DNA from: Promethearchaeota archaeon
GTDB lineage: Archaea > Asgardarchaeota > Lokiarchaeia > Sigyniarchaeales > SOKP01
Assembly: GCA_016840165.1 (NCBI GenBank)
Contig: JAEOSU010000027.1
Location: forward strand, 1 to 64,000
DNA: 64,000 bases
Direction: 5' to 3'
Below the pieces are notes generated by a model. The model made no database searches. It had not been told where the DNA came from and saw only the letters and a program-made list of their open reading frames with translations. Below, in pieces: positions 18,471 to 28,515 of the stretch; position 1 is the stretch's first letter, and each line of letters opens with the position of its first letter. Both the position numbers and the translations under genes were made by a program.

Positions 18471-19673
18471 TTAATTCTCACTTAAATCATAGAGCACTAA
18501 ACCAGATAACACTTTAGGATCAAACCAAGTCGATTTGGGTGGCATTACTCCTCCCGATTCGGCTATGTATTCTAAATCTTTAATGTCGACGGGAAAAAGA
18601 TTAAATAATATCGCATTTTGTTTTTTTTTTATAATTTGCTCTAATAACTCTGGATCTTGAACTCCTCCGACGAAAAAAATGTTATCACTTGCTCTTATAT
18701 CCTTGATATTTAAAATCGGACCAATCACTTTATTCTGTAGTATCGACACATCTAAACCCTCAACTCGAGATTCAAAGGATGAAGTTTTAACTTTCAATTT
18801 GAACCAGTCTCCTCTTAGACACAAAGCAACCTCATGTTTAGCTTTTGGATTGAATGCTTTTTTAACTGGTTCAATCTCATAGGTTTCTTCCAATTTTTTC
18901 AAGAAATTTTTAGGATTCTCATCTAATTTTCGAATCACTCGATTATAAGCCAATATTCTTACTTGTTCATCTGAAGCTAAATAGGATAATAAGTAATTCC
19001 ACGGATAATCTTTTTTACGGTCGATATTTGGATTTGTAAATTGTTGTTCTCTATATTTTGCCGCGCTTGCAGCTCGGTGATGACCATCAGCAATATAAAT
19101 GTTTTTATCTTTTAGAAGTTGAGCTAATTTTTCTATCGTTTTTCCATCGGTCTCTTGCCATAAGATATGGCGATATCCATATAATTTAAAATCAAATAAG
19201 GGTTTACTTTTTTTTATTGTCTCTTGAATCTTATTAATTTCTTCATTTTCTCGATAAACAGACCAGACCAAACCCGCAGCTACTTGAGTATTATTGATAT
19301 GGTTCATTCGATCCTTAAGTGGTTTTTCTCGGGTATGCTCATGTATTACGATATTGCCATCTTCATAATCCCGAAGAGAAATACCTAAAATAAATCCTTG
19401 TTGACTAAAAACAGCAGATTCTTGTCGATAGACAAAAATACTTGGATGATTAATTTGATGAATCACATCTTCTTTCTTATATCTTTGATAAGCTCTCTTT
19501 GCGTTCTCATACTTTTCTTCACCTTGACCATCGGGTAGGATAAGATGTATCAAAGAGTTCGGATTTTTTTTTAACTCTATTTCTTCCTCTTTTTCAATTA
19601 CATCATAGGGATTGGTACAAAATGATACAGGGTCATTTGGAACATAGGGTTTAATACTGGAAATTTTTACCAT
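18471..19673 (-). CDS. DUF1015 family protein (ParB/Srx-like core)
   Basis: PYDVI, HEHT, YIADGHHR and MPPKSTWFDPK..SGL. Confidence 0.9.
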   Translation of the reverse strand: MVKISSIKPYVPNDPVSFCTNPYDVIEKEEEIELKKNPNSLIHLILPDGQGEEKYENAKRAYQRYKKEDVIHQINHPSIFVYRQESAVFSQQGFILGISLRDYEDGNIVIHEHTREKPLKDRMNHINNTQVAAGLVWSVYRENEEINKIQETIKKSKPLFDFKLYGYRHILWQETDGKTIEKLAQLLKDKNIYIADGHHRAASAAKYREQQFTNPNIDRKKDYPWNYLLSYLASDEQVRILAYNRVIRKLDENPKNFLKKLEETYEIEPVKKAFNPKAKHEVALCLRGDWFKLKVKTSSFESRVEGLDVSILQNKVIGPILNIKDIRASDNIFFVGGVQDPELLEQIIKKKQNAILFNLFPVDIKDLEYIAESGGVMPPKSTWFDPKVLSGLVLYDLSEN

Positions 19674-19838
19674 AATATTACTTAGAAGATAGAAACCAAT
19701 AAATTGATTTCCATTTCATTTTCTTTCCTAATCTTTTCCATTTTTATTATCAATTCGATAAATATTTAAATTAAATCTATTATCTCTCTATTAAAATATC
19801 AATAGATATTTTTGACCAACTGAATTGAGTGAAACTAA

Positions 19839-20879
19839 ATGTCTAAAGATTTAAAAAATATGATTGATGGAGTCGAATCAAGTGAAAAGGAAACTGCACA
19901 ACTTCAAAGTAAAATCAATCGATTACAAGAATTAATTGAAAAACAAAAACGAGTAATTAACGAACAAGAGAATTTAATTGAAGAGCAGAAAGTAAAAATC
20001 TCACGGATGTATGACATTCCTGAAGATGTATTAGAATTAAAAGAACTTATTGGAACCCAGAGAGCGCTTCTTAATGAAAAAGAGACTGAATTAGAGCTAA
20101 CCAAAGGTGAAGTAGTCCAATATAAAAGAGAGTTAGAATTGATGAACAAACAAAATTTACCTACTCAGAAAAAATTAGATGAAACATTTGAAGTTATGGG
20201 AAATTTAAAAGCTGAATTAGCTGAGAAAAATTCGGAGTTAATTATGAAAAATGAAAGAATTAAAAATCTTGAGAATAAAGTACAAGAGATGCAAGCTTTT
20301 GCAGATAAACTCCAAGATGAACAGGTTAAAATAGTTAACGAAATGAATCAAAAACTAAAGGAAGAGATGGAAGCTATAAGAAAAGCCCATTTTGAGGAAA
20401 AGAAAGAATTATCTGCTAAAATTTCTGAACTGGACAATTTTCTCTTAGATAGCAAATTAGTTTCAACTGAAGCGACTTCAGAAGCAAAAGATCTAAAATC
20501 ACAATTCCAAGAAATTAGAGATAAACAGGAAGCATTAATTAAAAAAGTTGAAACCTTAAGTGATGAAAAACGTCTAGCTCAAGAGGAACTAAGAAAAGTT
20601 AAATCAGAAATGGAAAGTTTAGCCAAATTTCATCAAGAGAACTTTAAAAAGATCACATATTATGATAAATTGATCCCACTGATGGAACAGGAAAATCAAT
20701 TTAAGGCATTCTTAATTTTGGAAAAAGTTGGTTCAATGTTTATAGACGATTTAAGAAATGCACTTGGAGCACCAATCGTTTTAGTTAGAAAGATCGTTCA
20801 GAACCTACAGGATCATGGTTTATTTGAGATAAATGAAAAAGGTAAAATCGTGGTTAAAGAATTTGAAATTGAAAAATAG
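19839..20879 (+). CDS. Long coiled-coil protein with C-terminal winged helix
   Basis: About 280 aa of E/K/Q/L heptads, then KAFLILEKVGSMFIDDLRNALG...LQDHGLFEINEKG. Confidence 0.75.
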   Translation: MSKDLKNMIDGVESSEKETAQLQSKINRLQELIEKQKRVINEQENLIEEQKVKISRMYDIPEDVLELKELIGTQRALLNEKETELELTKGEVVQYKRELELMNKQNLPTQKKLDETFEVMGNLKAELAEKNSELIMKNERIKNLENKVQEMQAFADKLQDEQVKIVNEMNQKLKEEMEAIRKAHFEEKKELSAKISELDNFLLDSKLVSTEATSEAKDLKSQFQEIRDKQEALIKKVETLSDEKRLAQEELRKVKSEMESLAKFHQENFKKITYYDKLIPLMEQENQFKAFLILEKVGSMFIDDLRNALGAPIVLVRKIVQNLQDHGLFEINEKGKIVVKEFEIEK

Positions 20880-20906
20880 GTAGAAAAATTTCTAATATAT
20901 TTTATC

Positions 20907-21311
20907 TTAAATCTTTGCCAAATCTTTATATAAGTCGGGTAGAACTCTTTTGAATTTACCATCTTGAATTTTATCTAAAATTTCTGCTGCTATAGTCTTA
21001 AGAATTTCCCGATACTTATTTGGTTTTTCATCCCGGCGTAATAACAATGCAACTACGTAATTTTCAGCACTAATGAAATCAGATCCTACCCCAGAGAAAA
21101 AAGAAACAACTTTATTGTTTTTAAGTGAAATACTGGCAAAACCAGGCTTTAATGACTGATATCGGTGGCTAGAATATACTTGGGTAAGTAAATTATTAGT
21201 TATTTTCAAATTTTCGGGATAGAACCCTTCATTAATCGGACCAATCTCATTATCCCATCGTATAACCAAGATCCCTACCGGAATTTTATCCAACACCTCG
21301 TTCTGGGGCAA
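20907..21311 (-). CDS. Longin/uDENN-like small protein
   Basis: ILVIRWDNEIGP...FYP start with a beta-beta-alpha-beta-beta-beta-alpha-alpha pattern. TTG start. Confidence 0.6.
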   Translation of the reverse strand: MPQNEVLDKIPVGILVIRWDNEIGPINEGFYPENLKITNNLLTQVYSSHRYQSLKPGFASISLKNNKVVSFFSGVGSDFISAENYVVALLLRRDEKPNKYREILKTIAAEILDKIQDGKFKRVLPDLYKDLAKI

Positions 21312-21509
21312 GAAACCGACTAAAAGATACGGTTTTGGTTTGTTTCATAGAAGATTATCAAACGTAATTAGTTATAAAAATAATTATACTCTATATTTAT
21401 AATATTTACCTATATTTAATCTTAAATAATACTAAAAGTATCTTTCTCTATTTGAGAAGCCAATTGAAGAGGGCTTTTTAGAACACTTAAGATTTTAAAA
21501 AAAAGGAGA

Positions 21510-21657
21510 TGGCGGGAGGGAGATTCGAACTCCCGAAGGCCTTTGCCACTGGATCTTAAGTCCAGCACCTATATTCGGTCTTGACCCATTTTAAGACATG
21601 ACCATTGACCAGATTCCCGAATAAAGAGAAGCTCTTTTTTCTCTCGGTAATCCCGCC
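21510..21657 (-). tRNA. tRNA-Leu(TAA) with two non-canonical introns (21614-21642 and 21571-21604)
   Basis: Spliced sequence GGCGGGA TT ACCG AGTCTGGTCAA AGGT G CTGGA CTTAAGA TCCAG (variable arm TGGCAAAGGCCTTC) GGGAG TTCGAAT CTCCC TCCCGCC A forms a cloverleaf. No encoded CCA. T-run downstream. Confidence 0.9.
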
Positions 21658-21891
21658 AATCTACAATCCAAATTTCAATTTTAACTTATATTAATTGTAA
21701 TATAGATAAATCCTAACTTCAATTTAAATTTTTATATTCATAAAACTCTCAAATTTCTATAGCTAGTCAATGTATTTCTTATATGAATTTCAAAATTGTA
21801 ACTTCCCTCCTTGATTTTAGAAAACTATTTTAAAATGAGATGATGATATTCTTACAAATCAATGTTATATTATTAAGAAAGTGTAATAAAT

Positions 21892-23196
21892 ATGAAACTA
21901 ACAGATATAATTGGTTTAGAAGAAAAACATGCAAAACTTTTATATAACGCGGGGATTAGGGAAATAGAGGATTTATTAGCATTATCTTACTACCAGATTA
22001 AACAATTAGCACGATCAATTGGAGTATCAGTTAAAACGCTAGATACTTGGCAAGAACATGCAGATTTAATGAGAGTTGAGAGTATCCGTCCTGAAATGGC
22101 AAATGCTCTTAATTTAATAGGAATTGATTCATTAAAGGAATTAGCTTATCGAAATGCCAAGAGTTCCCTTGAAAGGTTAAAAAAATTAAAACAAGAGAAT
22201 CCTAAAGCCTTAGGAAAGCTTCCCACTCTTAAAAACGTAGAAGATTGGATCAGGAGTGCAAAGAGCTTAACAGAAGTACCCTCCAAAGATAAAAAAGAGA
22301 AGAAAAAACCAACACCTCAAGAAGAACCGGTACCAGAAGGGGAATATGGTTCTGAAATTCCAATTATTCCAGATTATAAACCTTTTGAAAAATTTGAGAA
22401 AGATTATGGGGAATATGGTCCGGAATACTGGAATAACAAATGGGAAATGGCACCGATCATTTATACAGGAAGAGCATTAAGGGGAGAGTCCTATAAAAAA
22501 CAAATTGATGCTGATGTTAAAGCATTTATTAAAGATAATGATGCAATTCTCTGGCATGTAATTAATCAAGCAGAATTAAGACAGGATACCCCTAACAATA
22601 CCGCATGGGCAGTACAAAAGTTTGTTTGCAGCTTACTAAAATATACTCAAGATGATGTAGCAGAAGATTGTCCTGAATTCTGGCAGTTTCCCTTTGAAGC
22701 AATTCAATCACAAATAGGTGATTGTGAGGATGGTGCAATTCTAATAGCGAGTCTATTGATTAATGCGGGAATTCCTTCTTGGAGAGTAAAGGTGTGTGCG
22801 GCCCAAGTAGTAGCAGATCCTATATTTGCACCATCAGAGTCGGAACTTGGCGGACATGCATATTGTATTTATTTAGCAGATAGGAATGACACTGAGCGTA
22901 AATTAGAATGGATAATTTTAGATTGGACCTATCTACAAGACCCAGAGACGCCTGTTGAAGAGAAACCTTTAGCGGGAGATGGTGGCCAAGAAGGAGCGTA
23001 TCGAGATATTTGGTTTACTTTTAATGATCAATATTCTTGGGCTCAAAACGCATTTGAAGTGATTGAAAGCAGAATCAGTCAGAACAGAACGACCCAAAAA
23101 GACGAAGTGTTAGCTCCGATGAGTGAGATCATGAAGGGTTTGGCTGCGGAGTCTTTACTAAAGGTCTTCGAAAAATATGATTTCGGAGTCGAGTAG
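21892..23196 (+). CDS. DUF4332 (HhH) domain fused to a transglutaminase-like cysteine protease domain
   Basis: N-terminal IIGLEEKHAKLL..AGI...ADLMRV..I.P..A..L..IG. C-terminal FWQFP.E....IGDCED, GGHAY and ILDW (Cys-His-Asp). Confidence 0.8.
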   Translation: MKLTDIIGLEEKHAKLLYNAGIREIEDLLALSYYQIKQLARSIGVSVKTLDTWQEHADLMRVESIRPEMANALNLIGIDSLKELAYRNAKSSLERLKKLKQENPKALGKLPTLKNVEDWIRSAKSLTEVPSKDKKEKKKPTPQEEPVPEGEYGSEIPIIPDYKPFEKFEKDYGEYGPEYWNNKWEMAPIIYTGRALRGESYKKQIDADVKAFIKDNDAILWHVINQAELRQDTPNNTAWAVQKFVCSLLKYTQDDVAEDCPEFWQFPFEAIQSQIGDCEDGAILIASLLINAGIPSWRVKVCAAQVVADPIFAPSESELGGHAYCIYLADRNDTERKLEWIILDWTYLQDPETPVEEKPLAGDGGQEGAYRDIWFTFNDQYSWAQNAFEVIESRISQNRTTQKDEVLAPMSEIMKGLAAESLLKVFEKYDFGVE

Positions 23197-23380
23197 ACGA
23201 AATAGAAAATTCTAGTTATTTTTATTAATTTTATATTCTTTTTATTGAGATGACTTAAAGGCAATATTGTATTATCTCCATTAGGATTAGAAATTATTAC
23301 TTCTTATATTTTAGATTATGTAAATTTTCGCATAATAGATAATCGTTTATATAAGATAAGAAAAAAAGAAATTGAAAAAT

Positions 23381-24010
23381 TTAATCCGCGGAACTGGAAG
23401 AATATAAAGGTTCACCACATTTTTCACAAAATTTAGCTCCCTCACGATCTAATTCCAGTCCACAATTTTTACAAATGATTTTAAATTCTACTGTCGATGC
23501 GAGATTATCGATTACATTGTTGATGGTTTTTTTTAACATTTCTTGAACATCTCCTATACTTTGTTTTTTTAAATCTTCTGGGAGGGAATGAATATATACT
23601 GAAGAAAGTTCTCTTAAAAAGTTCTCAATAAAAGTTAATTGATCTTGGAAATTTTTATTTACTTTAATTTTTAGGAGTTCTTCACCTGCTTCTGTAAGTG
23701 AATACACTTTCTTTATCGGCCCAACGGGACTTTTTACTTTTTTAATTGCTAAGAATCCATCTCTTTTTAGTTTTGATAAGATAGGGTATATTGTACCTGA
23801 CTGAGCCTCCCAAGTCCCTGCGAAATGATCATTTAGAATGTGAATTAAATCATAGCCAGAGATCTGTTGATTATTAAAAATAGTTTCGATAATGGTAAAT
23901 TCAAGAGGGGTTAATTTACTTTTTTTAATATTAGTAAATATTTGCTTTTCGATTTTTGAGTGTAATTCTTTCATATCTTCCTCCAAATCTAAAAATTTCC
24001 CTAACCACAT
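23381..24010 (-). CDS. PadR-family transcriptional regulator with C-terminal zinc ribbon
   Basis: SGYDL, SGTIYPILSKL, KKVYSLTEAG and CKNC...CEKC. Confidence 0.88.
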   Translation of the reverse strand: MWLGKFLDLEEDMKELHSKIEKQIFTNIKKSKLTPLEFTIIETIFNNQQISGYDLIHILNDHFAGTWEAQSGTIYPILSKLKRDGFLAIKKVKSPVGPIKKVYSLTEAGEELLKIKVNKNFQDQLTFIENFLRELSSVYIHSLPEDLKKQSIGDVQEMLKKTINNVIDNLASTVEFKIICKNCGLELDREGAKFCEKCGEPLYSSSSAD

Positions 24011-24034
24011 CTTTTTTATACCACCATCATACTT

Positions 24035-24538
24035 TTAGGACTTAAATCTTTTTTTCATTTTTTCTAACTCTCTCTCAACTGCCCGTGATTTTTTAGAATC
24101 CACTTTGCCCTGTTCATCAATTTTACTCGAGGAATAATAGATTAAATAGACAATAATATGAAGAATTAATGCGATACCCCAAAAAATAATAGGATATAAT
24201 ACCCAAAGATATTGAGGCAAAGTAACAAGATTGATTAAAGTGAGGAATAGAAGGGTAAAAATATAGGCATCTAAGTGAAAAATAAGTCCCCTTTTTGCCA
24301 TGGGATATACTCCTCTTGCATACAATATGTACGCAATAATATGGATCGATATTCCAATTAACCAACCAAAGAAAGGATACATTACCCATAAAATAAATGG
24401 TGTAAAGATAAGGTTGATTACTAAAAGAAGAATTGAAACAATAATATAAACCCCTAAGTGAATTTTCACTGAATATCTAAAGTTGACTTTTTGTTGAGCA
24501 ATTTTTCGTAAACTTTCTTCTGAAAACCCATTATACAA
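24035..24538 (-). CDS. 2TM-domain protein (duplicated)
   Basis: Two H..Y...L..INL...W..YP...W.I....H units. Confidence 0.8.
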   Translation of the reverse strand: MYNGFSEESLRKIAQQKVNFRYSVKIHLGVYIIVSILLLVINLIFTPFILWVMYPFFGWLIGISIHIIAYILYARGVYPMAKRGLIFHLDAYIFTLLFLTLINLVTLPQYLWVLYPIIFWGIALILHIIVYLIYYSSSKIDEQGKVDSKKSRAVERELEKMKKRFKS

Positions 24539-24820
24539 TTGTTATCGCACCTATAAAATGTTAATTTCATAATAAACAAATTTTTAATTGTTTTTAAATT
24601 TTTGTTGATTCTACATAGTAATTGTTAAATCTATATTTTAATTTTTCTAGAGTCCAATATTTAATCACGGCTTAATTAAGGAAATTTTAACTAAAATCTA
24701 AAAAATGAAGATCCAAATAATCTTAACCATAAGATTAACCATATTAAACTCCTATTATGTAGGAAAATATTTTAATATACAAAATAATATTACTCAACAG
24801 TCCAAGCTATTTTAAGAGCA

Positions 24821-25477
24821 ATGTCAACAATATCAGAATATATCGAAAGATTAGAGGATTGGGATAAGAAAACGTTCCTCAATCTCTATAGGAGTGATTT
24901 TAGCAAGCGAACGAAAAATTTTGCTAAGTTCTTTTCTTTTTTTGGAAGTTTGTATTTCTGGGTGGGTATCTGGTTGGTGTGGTGGTTGTATGGTTACATA
25001 ACAAAGGATTATTATTTATTAGTTATATTTACCAGTGGATTTGAACAATCTATCTTAATTCATATACTTATTCGGTATAAAATCGTGAAAAGAAATCGGC
25101 CTTTCATTGCCCTTAAAGATGAAGGAGTGAAAAAACATGATGATTATATAAGAATTCCCTATGTAATGTCTGATTCAGAGCATAAGTCCTTTCCGAGTGG
25201 TCATGTAACTTTTCTCCTATTTTTTGGCATAATATTTGCCTGGTATTTTGAGGAATATTTTTGGGTAATCTTACTAATTTTTATCGCACTAGATATTATT
25301 ATGGCAGGTTCGCGTATAATTTTAGGGGTTCATTATCCAACTGATGTGCTTTTTGGCTTTTTATTTGCCGTAATCTATGCTTTCTTGTTTCTTGGACTCA
25401 CATATCCCTATTGGGTTGCTTTTTATTATTGGATCGGTCCAATTATATCTGATATTGTGCATCTAAGATTTTTATGA
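24821..25477 (+). CDS. PAP2-family membrane phosphatase
   Basis: K..RNRP, SFPSGH and SRIILGVHYPTDV. Confidence 0.92.
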   Translation: MSTISEYIERLEDWDKKTFLNLYRSDFSKRTKNFAKFFSFFGSLYFWVGIWLVWWLYGYITKDYYLLVIFTSGFEQSILIHILIRYKIVKRNRPFIALKDEGVKKHDDYIRIPYVMSDSEHKSFPSGHVTFLLFFGIIFAWYFEEYFWVILLIFIALDIIMAGSRIILGVHYPTDVLFGFLFAVIYAFLFLGLTYPYWVAFYYWIGPIISDIVHLRFL

Positions 25478-25497
25478 TCTGAAAGATATATTAAAAT

Positions 25498-26184
25498 ATG
25501 AGTAGTAAAAATAATAATAAGCCTACTTGCCATCTATGTAATAGCTTTCAGTATTGCACGTTAGGAAAACCGAATGAGAGTATTGCGAACTGTCCTATGG
25601 TGCATAAAAAGGAGATTGAGGAGGCCGCTTTACAATTATATACTACAGATGAGAAAATTAAAAAATCTACTAAGATTGCATCTATGATTGAAGCGGAAGG
25701 CTATATTGAATGGCCTCGTTTGAAAGATACTATTGAATATACCAGAAGAATGGATTACACTAAAATAGGGATTGCTTTTTGCATTGGTTTATTGGATGAA
25801 GCGAGAAAAATAGCGAAAATCCTCGAAGAAGCTCAATTTGAAGTTTATTCAGTATGTTGTAAAACAGGGAGTCTAAAAAAAACAGACTTAGGAATTCCTA
25901 AAGAATATACTATGGTATCAAAAACGGGTTTTACTATCGGATGGATATCTTGTAATCCAGTAGGTCAAGCCCTTTTACTAAATGATTGTGAAACTGATCT
26001 AAATTTAATAGTCGGGCTATGTGTTGGTCACGATATAACCTTTACTCAGTTATCAAAAGCACCGGTATCTACATTGATTGCAAAAGAGAGATCGAGCCCA
26101 CATAACCCAGCATTAATACTATATTCCCATTATGGTAAGAGTATCACGTCATCCATAAATTTCAGAGAATCTAAGAAGGAATAG
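25498..26184 (+). CDS. DUF1847 family Cys-rich protein
   Basis: GIAFCIGL, SVCCK.G, CNPVGQA and GLCVGHD. Confidence 0.9.
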   Translation: MSSKNNNKPTCHLCNSFQYCTLGKPNESIANCPMVHKKEIEEAALQLYTTDEKIKKSTKIASMIEAEGYIEWPRLKDTIEYTRRMDYTKIGIAFCIGLLDEARKIAKILEEAQFEVYSVCCKTGSLKKTDLGIPKEYTMVSKTGFTIGWISCNPVGQALLLNDCETDLNLIVGLCVGHDITFTQLSKAPVSTLIAKERSSPHNPALILYSHYGKSITSSINFRESKKE

Positions 26185-26203
26185 AAAGATATAATTTAAT
26201 ATA

Positions 26204-26734
26204 TTAAAACCAATCGATAAACTCGTCTAAGGGCCGTCTTTCCCGATCCTCCTGTTCCTCTTTATCTTCCATGGATTTATCAACCACTCCAATTGTAACA
26301 ACACCCATTAATTCGAACTTATCGGTTGAAAGTTTAAAAATCTCATTTATTTTCTCTTTATGCTCTAAGATTTCCCCTATCCAAAGGGTTCCTAAACCTT
26401 TTGCATGTGCTCCCAGTAATATATTTTGAATAAATGCTCCTATAGATTGGAGATCCTTTGTTCTGTCATATCCTCTATCAATATCATAAAAAATGACAAA
26501 GTTGAGAAATGCACTTTCAATAATTCCCCCATACTTAGACTGTTCCGCGATCATACGTTTAACTGTTGGATGAGCAACGATATATACCTTCCATGGTTGC
26601 CTATTTTGACCAGATGGTGCCCATCTTCCGCAATCTAAAATCTCTCTAATGATTTGGTTATCAATTTTTTGATATACAAAATTTCTAACCGATCGTCGTG
26701 ATCGTATTAGATTTATTAAATCATTTGAATCCAT
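26204..26734 (-). CDS. Nitroreductase family protein
   Basis: RRSVR.F, APSGQNRQPW, QNILL.AH..GLG..W. Confidence 0.92.
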   Translation of the reverse strand: MDSNDLINLIRSRRSVRNFVYQKIDNQIIREILDCGRWAPSGQNRQPWKVYIVAHPTVKRMIAEQSKYGGIIESAFLNFVIFYDIDRGYDRTKDLQSIGAFIQNILLGAHAKGLGTLWIGEILEHKEKINEIFKLSTDKFELMGVVTIGVVDKSMEDKEEQEDRERRPLDEFIDWF

Positions 26735-26803
26735 ATTTTACAAATTGGATTATTATTTTTATCTTTATTGGATTATTATATAAAAAAAGATTAAATTTTT
26801 TCC

Positions 26804-28483
26804 TTGATTGAAGAATTTATGCTTCAGAAAGAACTATCATGGTGGCAAAAAACAGTTGTTTATCAAATATACCCCCGCTCCTTTCGAGATACTACAGGGA
26901 ATGGAATTGGAGATCTCAAAGGTATTATTGAAAAATTAGATTATCTGAAAGATTTAGGGGTTGAAACCGTTTGGTTTAGTCCTTTTTTCAAGTCTCCTCA
27001 AAAGGATCATGGATATGATGTATCAGGTTTTCAAGAAATTGATCCTATTTATGGTAGCATGCAAGATTTTGATATTTTACTGGAATCAATGCATGAAAGA
27101 AGCATGAAAATAGTATTAGATTTAGTACTCAATCATACCTCAGATCAACATCCTTGGTTCATTGAATCCGCTTTTAGTCGAGATAATCCTAAGCGTGATT
27201 GGTATATATGGGCTGATGGGAAGAAACCAAACGGAAAAAAACCTCCGAATAATTGGAAAGCGTTACCCGGAGGTCCCGCCTGGAAATATGATGAAAATAC
27301 TGAACAATGGTATTATTTTCATTTTCTTCCCTTCCAACCTGATTTAAATTATCGGAATCCAAAGGTAAAGGAGGAAATGTTTAATACTATACGATTCTGG
27401 CTTGATAAGGGAGTAGATGGGTTTCGTTTAGACATCCTACACTCTATTTACGAAGATGAGTCACTTCGAGATGATGAATTTAGTTGGCATCTCTTACCTT
27501 CGAATAAAAATGTTGCATCGTTGTTCCGTAAGCATAAATATGATCTTAATCTTCCAGAAACAATAGATTTTTCCTTCGAATTACGTGAAGTAATTGATGA
27601 ATACCAACCCGAACGCTTCTTGGTAGGGGAAGTTTTCGGCTCAATTGAAGAGATGAGTAAATATTATGGGCCACAGAATAATGGATTGAATATGTGCTTT
27701 TTATTTGAGTTTATGGATTCAAAACCTACGGTAAAAGTCTATAAAAGGGTAATATCACGAATAGAGAAGGCTTTGCCCTATCCTTATATACCAACGTTTG
27801 TATACGGCAATCATGATAGTATACGCTATATATCACGGTTAAATAATAATCCTCAAAAAGCAAAATTGCTAGCAACTATGCAACTTACTCTAAGGGGCGT
27901 TCCGTTTGTCTATTATGGTGAGGAGATTGGGATGAGGAACGTTAAATTTGATTTGAAAACAAGTGAAGATCCCATTGGAAAAAAGTACTCGAAATTTCCT
28001 TTAGGAACTATAGTAAAATTACTTAATATATCAGTGAGTCGAGATGGTTGTAGAACCCCCATGCAGTGGAACTCAGAACCTAATGCAGGCTTTAGTAGCA
28101 ATGAAACAGTTGAGCCATGGCTACCAGTTCCGGAGTCCTACGAAAAAATTAATGTTGAAAAAGAAAATAAAAATCCCAGTTCTTTACTAAATTGTTATAG
28201 AAGATTACTAAAAGTGCGAAAGGAAAACAAAATTTTATCTGAGGGGTTATTTGAATTCATGAATGGAGATGCCGATAAAGATTATTTAAGCTATAGAAAG
28301 TATATTAATGATGATGAAATCTATATCTATTTAAATTTTTCTAAGAAAGAATTATTACTCAACTGTCCGGTAGAGAGTCCAGATTTATATTTCTCAACAT
28401 TATCCAATAGAGTTGCATTAGATATTGAAGCATATAATGGAAAGATTAAACTAACTCCATTCGAGGGAATAATATTCAAATAA
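26804..28483 (+). CDS. GH13 alpha-glucosidase / oligo-1,6-glucosidase (probable start ATG at 26819)
   Basis: YQIYPRSF.D, DLVLNHTSDQH, QPDLN, GFRLD, GE, NHD and RDGCRTPMQW. Confidence 0.93.
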   Translation: MIEEFMLQKELSWWQKTVVYQIYPRSFRDTTGNGIGDLKGIIEKLDYLKDLGVETVWFSPFFKSPQKDHGYDVSGFQEIDPIYGSMQDFDILLESMHERSMKIVLDLVLNHTSDQHPWFIESAFSRDNPKRDWYIWADGKKPNGKKPPNNWKALPGGPAWKYDENTEQWYYFHFLPFQPDLNYRNPKVKEEMFNTIRFWLDKGVDGFRLDILHSIYEDESLRDDEFSWHLLPSNKNVASLFRKHKYDLNLPETIDFSFELREVIDEYQPERFLVGEVFGSIEEMSKYYGPQNNGLNMCFLFEFMDSKPTVKVYKRVISRIEKALPYPYIPTFVYGNHDSIRYISRLNNNPQKAKLLATMQLTLRGVPFVYYGEEIGMRNVKFDLKTSEDPIGKKYSKFPLGTIVKLLNISVSRDGCRTPMQWNSEPNAGFSSNETVEPWLPVPESYEKINVEKENKNPSSLLNCYRRLLKVRKENKILSEGLFEFMNGDADKDYLSYRKYINDDEIYIYLNFSKKELLLNCPVESPDLYFSTLSNRVALDIEAYNGKIKLTPFEGIIFK

Positions 28484-28515
28484 AAAATATAAAATTAAAA
28501 AAAAAGATATTATTA

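Noticed and set aside
21560-21650. Hairpins and short repeats as a CRISPR repeat or an integration (att) site
   Set aside because: Explained by tRNA introns. No repeat-spacer periodicity, integrase or duplicated tRNA 3' end in the window.
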